Below, in pieces: positions 25,585-36,390 of a stretch of DNA of 64,000 bases. The stretch comes from Vicugna vicugna (Eukaryota), in contig MU058384.1 in NCBI GenBank assembly GCA_013265495.1, positions 5,452,792 through 5,516,791 on the forward strand, given 5' to 3'. The notes under the pieces were generated by a model. That model made no database searches. It was given only the letters and a program-made list of their open reading frames with translations, and was not told the origin of the DNA. The position numbers and the translations under genes were made by a program. The number at the start of each line of letters is the position of its first letter. The stretch's first letter is position 1.

Positions 25585-25890
25585 CAGGGAAACCAGACAA
25601 TAAATAAAAATGGATAATTGATAATGCTAGGATGAAGATAAGGTGATATGATAAAGGTGATGTAACAGAGTGATAGGGATGCAATTAGATGGGGAGATCA
25701 GTTGAAGGCATTACAGAGAAGATACCTATGAGTTAAGCCTGGGTGAGAAGAAGGGGCCAGATGGTCAAAGATCTTGGGGCAGACCGTAGTAGGATTGGGA
25801 AAAATAAGTGCAAAAATCTTAAGGCTGGAAAGGATTGGGTTCTTTGAGGGAAATAAATGAGGTCAGTGTGGCTAGCTCAAGATAAGAAGT
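25585..25890 (-). mobile_element. L2 fragment inside the retrocopy
   Basis: agggaaaccagacaataaataaa...gagtgataggga...aagtgcaaaaatcttaaggctggaa...gaggtcagtgtggct. Confidence 0.7.
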
Positions 25891-25962
25891 GAGCTCTAGG
25901 AAGAGGGTTGGCAGCACCCAGGCCAGGTCTCAAGTCTGCCTCCTGCATCTCTGATGAAGCCT

Positions 25963-26100
25963 CCAGGCTAATTTTTTTCTGTATTGTCTATAGCTGCTTT
26001 CACACGGCAATGGCTGAGTTTAGTTGCAGCAGAGACTGGCAGCCAAAGCTGAAAATATTTACTGTCTGGCATTTTACAGAAAAAAGTATGCTAACCCCTG
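25963..26100. mobile_element. MER58A right part
   Basis: gtattgtctatagctgctttcacac...gagtttagttgcagcagagac...aaaatatttactgtctggcattttacagaaaaaagtatgctaacccctg. Confidence 0.85.
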
Positions 26101-26104
26101 CTCT

Positions 26105-26265
26105 ATAGCATCCAATCGTGAGAATACTAACACTTCTTCATCCATTCTGCTCTTGATGGACACTTGGATCGTTTCTTGTTTTGAGTTATTACAAATAGGG
26201 CTGCTGTGAAAGTTCTTGTGTATGTTTTTGGTAACATACATACATATTCCTATTGGATGTATGGC
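26105..26265 (-). mobile_element. Old L1M, right part (continuation of 24520-24870)
   Basis: catccattctgctcttgatggacacttggatcgtttc...attacaaatagggctgctgtgaa. Confidence 0.8.
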
Positions 26266-28439
26266 GTGTGTATTTTATTTAAAACATCTAATTGATTCCA
26301 GGGTACAGACAGGTTTGGAAACTTCTACTTTAGAGATGTTTAAAGAGTTGAAACCCAAAGTGTTTAAACTGTCTTGTCCAAGGTCACACAGAAAAAAATT
26401 GTCAGAGTCGAGATTGACAGTGAAACCCCTGTTTCATGGAACAGTTCTGTTTCCACTATGATTCCTGTAGTCACCATCTTTAGAACATTAACTTACAGAA
26501 GGGTCTTTACTTATCCAAGGTTCTTCACAAATATAGCTCTTTTCTGCTGTTATCTGGTTGGACATTTTCAAGAACAGGAATGGATGACATAAATCACTTA
26601 ACCCAATCCCTTCATTTTATAAATAAGTCAAGGCACAGGCATATTAATAATTTGCCCAAAATAGGCATTTGAATCTTGACTTTTATCACGTTCTACAAAA
26701 TAATTTTGAACTTGCTGCTTTTGTCTTTGCACTTGATACTATTCCAGTCAATTAACCGACAAAAGGAGTATCTGTTCACCTTAACTATTTAAACACTACA
26801 GAAACACCTACATTCAAATGAATACTTTCTCCTTTCCTTTCCAGCTGTATAGCCTCTCTCCGCAACAGGTGATCTCCCTTAACAATTTGTATTTTCATCA
26901 TCTTTATATAAATATATTTAAATGCATGTAACAGGTAGGAGTCTACAACATTGATGGGGAAGAATTATCACTTATTTTTTCTTTAATTCAAATTAATTTT
27001 TAGTGTGAGGCTTCATCCCATCAGTTAGATGGCCACACAGTCTCAGTCACTTTGGAATAACCTTCTTTTTTCCTGTAGTTATGCCTGCATTTTGGGGGCG
27101 GAGGTGGTGGTGGTGGTTAGATAGTACCACCATACTGAATGGGAGGTAAAGCATGGGGAGCATCTGATTCTTGGTTACCATGGTGATACTGAGATCTCTT
27201 TCACCCAATCAGGGCGTGGGCCACAGGTCCCCGCAGATGTGTAGGCCCCTGTTGTCGGAACCTGTCAGATGTGGGGGTTTCTGTGTGGTGACTGAGCCAC
27301 GGCAATCTCTGCCAGGCTGCCTGAAGCCCTACCTGCCCAGCTCCTTACAGCCATTTCCTTTGAGGGTTTTGGCCAGCTTCCCTGGTCTCCACCTGCAATG
27401 GAGGCCAGCTTTCCTCTGGTCTCAGATCCCACCAGCCTAGCTGTAGTTTTCCACTTGCCTAGGCTCTATCTGAGGCTTTTGGCATCGAGCCCCTTTCTTC
27501 CAGGCTCACCTCCAACACTCACTGCTTTCCTTCCAATACACTCTCGCCTCTCCCCAGGCTGGGAGCATCTCCTGTCCAACCTTTAATAAACAATCTAGTA
27601 CACGTGTTTTGTCTACTTGTATTTTAACTTCTGTCAGGTATCTTCTTCCAGGCAGGCAGCCCCTTCCCTAAACTTTACCATTAATTTGCATCCAGCTCTA
27701 ATTTTAAAATGTATAAAGATAAAGAAAGCATCACATGGTTTTTACTCCAAACTTCATTATGGATGTGAAAGAGCTGAAGTTTATCAATTTTTTAGTGTCA
27801 AGATCCTAATTTTCCATTGACCTCCATGGACAAATTGGTTCTTGGAACTTTTGATAGGGCTATTCTTGTTCCTAAATGTAGCTTCATGGGCATATTTCTC
27901 TAGATATAATATCTATAGTCAAGTAATCCAAATAGAACCACCCTATGTGTAGTATATTACTAATTTATATCTGGAATCGGCACAACAATGATTCATGTGC
28001 TGTAATATCCATTACTACTTCTTAACCAACTTTGAAAACCTTTTTATTTTGGGAAGAATTCTGTCTCAATATCCACCCCAGTGGATTTTTGTCCTCGTTT
28101 CCTTTGTATTTATTCTGGGTGGTGTTTGCAAGACGCCAAGGATCTATTTTGGTTGGGGACTCTGTTCTCTTCCTAGAGGAGGAAGTGAGAGAGAATTGCT
28201 TTGTCTCCAGCTCCAAAGCTGGTAGACAGATCAGACAGGGAGCTCTGTCAGCCAGGCTCCAGGAAGGCTTCTCTCTTCTCATGGAACAACTAAACAATTG
28301 TTACTATTTACAATAGACGCAATGGAGAAGTATTCTTAGAACAATAAGAAAAGGGAAAGTCGGCCACCAGGCAGGAAAGAAGGCTTTCAAGCAACATCAA
28401 ACTCAGAGAATGTGAATGTCTTTTAAATGTAAACAGCTT

Positions 28440-28640
28440 TACGTAGCACTTCTCTGAATAACAATACCAGGGGCGCCTGCCATGTGCCAGGAACTTGACA
28501 TACAGTATTATCTCTAATCCCACATCAGCCATACCGGACAAGTATTATCCCCACCTGACACATGAAGAAACCAAGGCCAAAGAGCTTGTAATAAGCTCTC
28601 CATGGCTGGTAAATGTGGAATACAAACCCAAACTTGCATA
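28440..28640 (-). mobile_element. MIR SINE
   Basis: ccatgtgccagg...attatctctaatcc...tattatcccca...atgaagaaaccaaggc. Confidence 0.75.
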
Positions 28641-30204
28641 ATACACTTAAGATATCCTCATGCTCTTCCTTACCTTTTTTTAAATGAAAAAAATAGAAGA
28701 AAGTTTACAGTTCTTAATGAGTGAATCTATAATTTTACAAAAAGCACAAGGTAGCAAGGAGGGCTCCACTGATAGTTTGAAATAGGTTCTTTTTGAGTTT
28801 CTCTGAATACTCCAGAGGCAATGGGACCCTGAAGAAAACTTGCTAAACGGTGTGTGATGGCAGAACAGCCTCCTTTGTCACGTAGGGAATTATTCCCCCT
28901 CTATCACTCTCAAACTCTGCCTACAACGTGTGGGATGAACTCTTATTCTGCTTACAGGAACTTCCAACCTTGAAGACAAGTGTGTAGATTAAAGATCTGT
29001 GTTAACAAGAACCATCATAGTAATTTTTAACAGAACTATTGGGTTACCTCTGGCACAATTATGATATATACATCTGGGAAATAATCATCCATTTAAAAGT
29101 ATTTAGTCTTCTTTCCATGAGAGTTTTAACATCTCATTGAAAATGTCTATTAAAGTCTAAATCAATGAAGCAGATCTTTACCTAAATTGTTTGCAATTTA
29201 CAATAAGTGAGAGGAGGAAATAATGGATCTAAAAGTGAGATGTTCTTTGGCTCGTTTTGGATATGTAGCAATACATGAGAACAAGCCAATAATTGATTTA
29301 AGGACTATGATGAACCATGAAAAGTTTCTAGTTTTCCAGTTGCTTCAGGTATAATGACACAAGAAATTTTAGAGTTTTTTGCTAACTTTTTCTTTCGTTA
29401 CAACCCAGGCCTGTTCTACACCTAGGTGGACAAAGGGGATGTTTGTGTAGTTATTATTTGAAGCTCTTTTTCTCAGTGCCTAGCACCACACTCCTATTCA
29501 AGATTTCCTTGTCCTCAAGTCCTATAATGGCCTGCCACCAGTTTCAGGCATATCCACTATGTAGAGGGAAAGGGGTCTTCGTGCTCCCACTAGCTCTTGT
29601 TAATAACATTTTCATGAATTGGTTAGCCATTCATTAGTTACCACTGACAGAAGGCAGGATGCTGGGCAAATAAATCTGACAAAGCAGCAGAGGACAAGGC
29701 AGGTATGTGAGAGATGGTGAGATGTGAGGCTGGTAGGATGGTGAGAATGAGATGACTGGCGTGCAAGACTCTGTTGAGGACACTGAACACTAAGAGGAGG
29801 GTGGAGTAGAATGGATAAAGAATGATAGGAAGGAAAGCATTAAAAGAGAAATAAATCCCCCAAGGAGTAGGCAGAAAGTTTCCTCTTCCTTTTGCCTAAG
29901 GTCGTCTGAAGTCTATGTTTGTTAAAATTGTCAATCTACAGGACACACCAGACCTGAGCATGGTTGCCATTCCTGCACCCCTCTTCAGAGGGAAACTGCT
30001 GTATCCACAGCATCCACTAAGGAAATTTTCTAGAAGGTTCCTCAGGCATAAATGGCCATGTTTGGCTCCACATCAGCCTGCTACCAGCAGACAGTGGGAA
30101 CGGGGTGCATGCCTAACTAAAAGGTAGTCATCTAGTCAGACCACCAGCCTCTGAGGTGGTCTGGCGCCAAAAGCTCTGACCTCTAGGAATAATGGCGATC
30201 GACT

Positions 30205-31199
30205 GGACAACCTATTTTCACTTGAGAGAGTGACTAACAGACCAACTGTGGTTCTTCAGACTCTGGTATTTGGCAGACGTTTTCTTGACAAAAAACAAAG
30301 CGTGTCTGTCATTTCAAAAAAACACCTGGCAGAATTTGTTGTGAGTAATAAATTTTAAACTTTCAAGTGAAAATTAGAATTTTGGAAAAGTTGTAGCTGC
30401 CATTTTGAGTTTGACAGCTTTCCAAAACTGTTTTTTTGTTGTTGTTGTTGTTCTGATGAAGTGGGTGATGATATTAATAAATGTGATTTCTTAGATACCA
30501 TAGAATGATGTGTCAACATTTGCAAGATCTGTATATCTCATTGAACTAAATTTTCCAGATGACCAGTAAAAGTCATGAGTGAAATATCCATTTAAAGTGC
30601 AAGATAGATCAATTTTTTTTTGAAATAGTGAATTTTAATGTAACTGAGTATGCAGATTTCACTGATATGATTTCAAAGTTCATGTTGCCACTAATCTTTA
30701 AGAAGCCACCACTTGCTGAGTTTTGGTATACTATCAAAGAAGAATATCCATAATCATCTGGAAAGACTGTTAAAATATTCTTCCCTTCTCCAAATACATG
30801 TCTGTGTGAGGCTAGACTTTCTTCATCTACTTCAACCAAACCAACATAATGCAATAAATTGAATGCAGAAGCAGATATAAAAATCCACCAATTTCTTTTA
30901 AGCCAGACATTAAAGAGATCTGCAGAAATGTAAAATAAAGCTATACTTCCCCCCTAAGTATTTCCATTTCAGAAAATATAGCTACTTTTTAGACAATGTT
31001 ATTTATGTTACTAGGTAATGGTTTATTATTATTATTATTATTTTAAATACGTTAATGAATAGTTTTAAATTTTCTCAATTTTAATTTCTGGTATGATAAA
31101 TAACAATTGATATGATTCACATAAACAAAAGCTCTTTGGGTTCCTCAACAATTTTTAGAAGTATAAAGGTAGCATAAGGCCAGAAAGTTTAAGCTACTG
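30205..31199 (+). mobile_element. Charlie1-like hAT transposon 3' part (decayed transposase plus right end)
   Basis: gtatttggcagacgttttct...ccacttgctgagttttggtatactatcaaagaagaatatcca...ctgtgtgaggctagactttcttca...ttgaatgcagaagcagatat...cataaacaaaagctctttggg. Confidence 0.85.
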
Positions 31200-31629
31200 C
31201 TTTTATCCCTGTTCCTTCTTGATAAATGTAGATAACTCTAAAGAGAGACTACATTTATGTTTTAACTGCAAAAGAAAAAAAAAATCAGATACAAGAAATT
31301 CGGATGTGCCTAAAGGGAATTTCTGTTTTCAAGTTGATGCCAATGTCCCAAGTTACTTGTATGAAAAGTGAAATAGGTAAAGACCCACATAACCCAGATA
31401 CTTTCTGGCATACTCGTACATAGCATGTTAGTTAGAAATTCAGCAGAGCATACGAATGCAGAGTCAGCTAGTAGGTTACAGCTGAACTGAGAAAATAATT
31501 GCATAAAGAGGTTTAATCATTAAATGTGCAAAAAGTCATCTAATTTGAATCAAGTTAGAGACTTTCATATTTTGAAAACATATGTATTCTTTACTGCCAC
31601 CAGATACCATGATTAAAAACTGGGAGTTA

Positions 31630-31704
31630 TTTTTGAGCACAAGCCACACATTCTCCTCGCTTGGCCCTGCAATAAACCTTTCTCTGTTCCAAAAACCAAA
31701 AAAC
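31630..31704 (+). mobile_element. Polyadenylated ERV1-type LTR fragment inserted with an L1-type TSD
   Basis: ttctcctcgcttggccctgcAATAAAcctttctctgttcc + A-rich tail. Flanks aaaactgggagtta / aaaactgggaatta. Confidence 0.7.
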
Positions 31705-33020
31705 AAAACTGGGAATTAAACAAAGATTTTATTTGCATTGTCATCTTCATGTACAACAACATTCAGGTAACAAAAACAAAGCTAAAATTTTAAAAGTCAT
31801 GCACAAGCAACTGCTCACCCTTTCTTCAGAGCATTTGATGATACAAGAAAGATTCTATTTTTGTGAAGGTGGTAGCTTAAGTTTCAGTCAAATTCTGTTA
31901 GTTACAATAAATTGCAACAAGTGTCTCAATTATTGAGTTTTCAGAATGTGTTCTGTCCAATACTACGTTAAATAGGCTATTATCTCTGACTTTAAAATAC
32001 CTTCATTATTAAGATTTTTATATATATATACTCATTATAATAGATACTGATCTGTAGCTTTTTGGGTTTTGGTGCAATATTGATTGTTTTCCACTAAGGA
32101 AGGAATAGGTGTCTTGTAAAGAACACAGATGCAGACCTGTGGTGCTGACTTGCTGTTTTTATTATTATAGTTACACTTCTTACACCAGTGAAAAACTGAA
32201 GTAAATTTACAAACTAACTACATTAACCAAATTCAGTAAAACTGAAGGTAACTAGGATAGTTGAATTAACGATGGGGTTTTGCAGAAGTTAAACCACAGC
32301 TGGCAGTAAGTCCCTGGCTCCCACTACAATAGTGGAACTTTTTTGGTTTGACATGAAGATACTGTTGCTAAATGGTCAGATGGCTGTATTCACTCAGGAC
32401 TCTTTCTTTTAACCAACTGCAGCAAAACCTTCCTGGGTACAGGAGGCTGCAATAACGTCACTCTTCACCCATATTCCTATTAACCAGAACTCTTGAATTC
32501 AGTGGGCACTCAGTTCCTCTGATGGTACTCACTTCAGCAGTCATCACCCAGATGATTCCGCATTTGATGACATCAATTATTTTATTACCTTTAGAAACGA
32601 AAACATAGAACTTAAAAATTCTGCGGAGAACCTGAGTGACCTCAAGAGTGTGCCCTTAGAGTCCAATTGAAGAAACTGTGCTTCAGGGTAGAAAGCCTTG
32701 GCTGGAGCTACAGGAAATAGCCTGCCTGCAGAGGAGGTAGTCAGGGATGATTTTATTCCTGAAGTTGGAAATATACAAGCCTGTCAAAGCTCTTAGAGCT
32801 CTCCCAGTGGAAGGGTCACAAGATAGAGCAGCTACTCGTCAAAAGAAAAGCCTTTCTTTATCTTGGAAAAGCGACCTTTATATGCATACCAAGAAGGAAC
32901 GGTATATACCTTTCTCCATTAAAACTAGGACTTTTCCATGTCAAGAATCCTTGCAAATTTTATATAAAATTACTAGCGAGCATATTTGGGCACCATTTGT
33001 CCTATTTTAAAATCTTAAGT

Positions 33021-33230
33021 AGGAGTCAGCAAACTGTACCATCCGTGGGTTTAATTCAGCCCACTGTCTGTTTTTGTACAAGTGTGAGATAAGAATGTTT
33101 TCAACATTTTTAAAGTATTGTCTTAAAAAAAAAAGGAAAAATAAAAGCCCAATAATAAACAGAGAAGGTCTGTGGTCTGCAGAATACAAAAGCTACTCTC
33201 TGGCTCTTTACAGAAAGTTTCCAACTGCTT
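33021..33230. mobile_element. MER58B/C-like hAT MITE
   Basis: aggagtcagcaaact...cagcccactgtctgtttttgtac...ctggctctttacagaaagttt. Confidence 0.8.
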
Positions 33231-33622
33231 CTCTAAAGAATTGCCTTTTTTTTTTTTTTAAAGCAACATCAGCCACGTCTTGGGGGAGAGATTGATAGTA
33301 TTCACATTCTGTCTTTCGTCTTGGTTCTCTTTCATTCTTGGTTTACCTTTGCCTCATTATCAAATTAAAGGCTTTTAATATATTGCAATATTTGTTAAAT
33401 AAGTTCTATCATTCAGTCTTTTATTTTAAAAGAAGTGACAAGGTGATTTGTATTAATCCTCCTATTAAAAAAAACACTAAAAGGAAAGAGTCTTTTTTTT
33501 ATTTATTTTTCCTGTGGGTCAGTAATTCTTGAGAAAAAGAAAATGGGACCTATTTCCCTTAAATATCAACATTAAAGCAAAGCTATTCCTTAATGTCTTT
33601 AATGTGCCTCCTCATTCTTTTC

Positions 33623-33713
33623 ATTCTTTTTTTTTCTTTATTTTAATGGATGTACTGGGGATTGAATCCAGGACCTAGTGCACTCTGCTCCTCCACTGAT
33701 CTATTACCCACTC
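33623..33713 (-). mobile_element. tRNA-Ala-derived SINE (vic-1 type), short and more diverged
   Basis: gtactggggattgaatccaggacc..., with perfect 13-bp TSD cctcattcttttc at 33610-33622 and 33714-33726. Confidence 0.9.
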
Positions 33714-35759
33714 CCTCATTCTTTTCTTTAATAATAATAAAAAAAAGTAGGTCATTAATGTTCTCTAAGTTTGGGAATAACTTGAAGAATGTTTAACCTG
33801 AGTTCAGGGCTTCCCACATGGAGTAAGTAATTACTAAACTCAGTGTAGGACAACTGAACATTAACCTCACTTTCTAAATCTCTTTTCCTGGGAATTAAAG
33901 CATGAATAATATTTGTTTGGTAAAATCCAAATGGCTAAACACTCTCTAAGTCTGCAGAGAACTTCACTTTCAGAGCTGCAAAACCATTTATAAGCTTCAT
34001 TAATAGTCAATTTTAAGTATGATTAAGTGCTTTGACTATTTTTTAAGTACCCAAGAACTAGTTGTTGATGAATGATTATGATCTCCTTTACCTGACTCAG
34101 AGAACACATTTAAACAGCTGAAGAAATATCATAATTACTCACTAAGGAAATAAAATGTGGTGGGTAAGTAGCTGGGTTCTCTGTCCTCTTCAATGGATTA
34201 TTTAGAAAAGAACATTTGAAACTAAGTCCACAGGAAAATGCATTGGGACACAGATTGCTGCTGAGAGCATTTGGGCCCGAACACACTGAATTAAGAGAAT
34301 GATGTTTTCTTCCCTGATGGCAGATGGGTGCTTGTTAAGAACTTCCTTAAGCAAGAAAATTCAGATCCCTGACATGTTCTCCACCCCCTCGTGGTCTCAG
34401 CTCCCTCCATTCTGGAGTTCTCCACAGGAAGCACGAAAGAGTCATCGGGAAGAGGAAGGCAGTGGGGCATCCTTGGCTCTCCGAGGACTAGATTCACATT
34501 AATCTGTGTGCTGCCCGTGGGTCTCGGGTGGTTAGTCCATCGTAACCAGAGACATCTGGCCTGGTAAGAAATGATGATCCAGAGCTTTATTCAAGAAGTC
34601 CTTGGGGTCAGGAGGGCTGCACCCAGCACCGTCCTGGCACATCACGCTTCACACCTCTTTGGGCCCTAACTGTTGCTGGCAGACCGCTCTGTAAGGACTT
34701 TGAGAGAGATTGTGCTCTCCAGGCCTCTGGAAAAAGTAGTAAAAGTCTCCAAGGACATAGAGGGCACTGCCTCCTCCAGCACTAGCCGAATCCTTCCTCA
34801 CACCCTCCCAATCCTTATCTGCAAACTCAGGATGTGATGACCAGGCCCCCGTGGCTGTGGTCAGCAGCCCTCCCCAGAGCCAGCACCATGCTGGCTTGAA
34901 CTGCTCGCCTGGGAGCCTCACTGCTGCTGCAGAACTACCACTCTGAGCTCCAGTCTTTCCCTGATCCCTCAGGCCAGCGTGGGCCCGAGCCCTGCCATGC
35001 CCAGGCTCTCAGACTTTATCCCTCCAAGTATGCATGAGTCAGGGCAGCTGGGTAATCTGGATCTTAAATCACCTCCTCCTGCACAACCCCCACCCCAACC
35101 CCATGACCACACCGCGACTTTTGCCCCTGCTGGACCTTGACCTCTGGCGCTCTCAGAGAACCAGCCAGCTTGAAGTCTGAGCTCTGGCCTGTGCCCTGCA
35201 AGTCAACCTTGTCTCTTCCTCAGGCTTAATGTTCCTATGTTTGTTTTATGAACTTACCCTCCAGCTCTGAGCTCTGGCTCTGCCTTGGCCGGCCTGTTAC
35301 CTTGGCCACAGAGCCAGGCTGGCAGAGTCCCTAAAGTGAGTATCTTCATGCCTATTTCCCAAGTTTGCTGAAGCTATCCATGTGCACCCAGATTCCAAGG
35401 AATCTCTAGAAATAGGACAAAAGTTGAAGTTACGGTAAACAGGATCACAGGGAGCTCACAGTCCCAGCAAATTTCCCCTGTGAATGCTCGATGAGGCATT
35501 ACTGAAAGAACTTCTTACATCACCACTGACAAGTATTCTTAAGGGAAGGTGGGGTTTGAGTGATAGAGTGAGATAGATATTCACTGGAAATGGAACAAGC
35601 CTGAGCCAAAGCTCATCTCTTTTACTTGGCTCCTTTCATTGATGAGAAAATGGAGGACCAAAAATATTAACTGACGTGGCCAATAGCACTCTGGTTAAAA
35701 TACAGCAAAGTTTGATCCAGGATCCTGCTTCCTGGGTGGGTACAGTTTTCGCCACCTTT

Positions 35760-36390
35760 ATTCTTTCAACAAGCATTCACTGAATGGCTACTCTAGGCCA
35801 GGTTATTACAGTTCATCAATTCTTGAGCATACAGTAGGTGCCAGGAAGATACAAAATAACTGTAGCAAAAAGTAGTTGTTTTAAGGAACATTGATCTGGT
35901 AAAAAATAATAAGTAAATATATATTAAGTATTTAAAATAATTAAAAATCATTTATGCTTGTGTGGTAATAGAAGTGTATGTAGTAAGTTTTCATGGGAAT
36001 TCAGAAATAAGAAGCATCAAATTAGGCTACAGTTCTCAAGGGAAACATGTTGGGTGGTACAGAAGTTAAGCTGGAAGACAAAGTAGGATTTAGATATATT
36101 GAAAGGAGTGAGAAGGATTCTTATGTAGGAGAAACTGAAGTTTCTTGTTGGAGATTTAGAAGAGAAGTTTGTGTAGTTTGTGTGGGGACAAATTATAAAA
36201 AGCTTTGGGAAAAATCAAGCAAAAGTGTCAGTAGGCACTGGGGAGCCACTGAAGTGTTTAGCAGGAGAGTAGTCATGAGTAAGCAAATCTTTAGGAAGAC
36301 TGACCTGGTGATGTTAGATTGGGAGGCAGTGGGAATGGAGGTAGAGAGTGATAGCCCCAAGTTGATAAGACAAGTACTGGGTCATTAAAA
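35760..36390 (-). mobile_element. L2 fragment
   Basis: ttcaacaagcattcactgaatggctactctaggccagg...taggcactggggagccactgaag...ttaggaagactgacctgg. Confidence 0.7.

Larger units (their letters stand above)
24934..25962 (-). other. Retroposed, polyadenylated non-coding insert (orphan retrocopy or transduction)
   Basis: Decayed poly(T) at 24934-24967, minus-strand AATAAA at 24990-24995, and 15-bp flanking direct repeats ccaagctaattattt / ccaggctaatttttt. Confidence 0.7.

Noticed and set aside
34649..34921. 90-aa minus-strand ORF as a gene or processed pseudogene
   Set aside because: GTG start, no recognised homology, no poly(A) tail or TSD.
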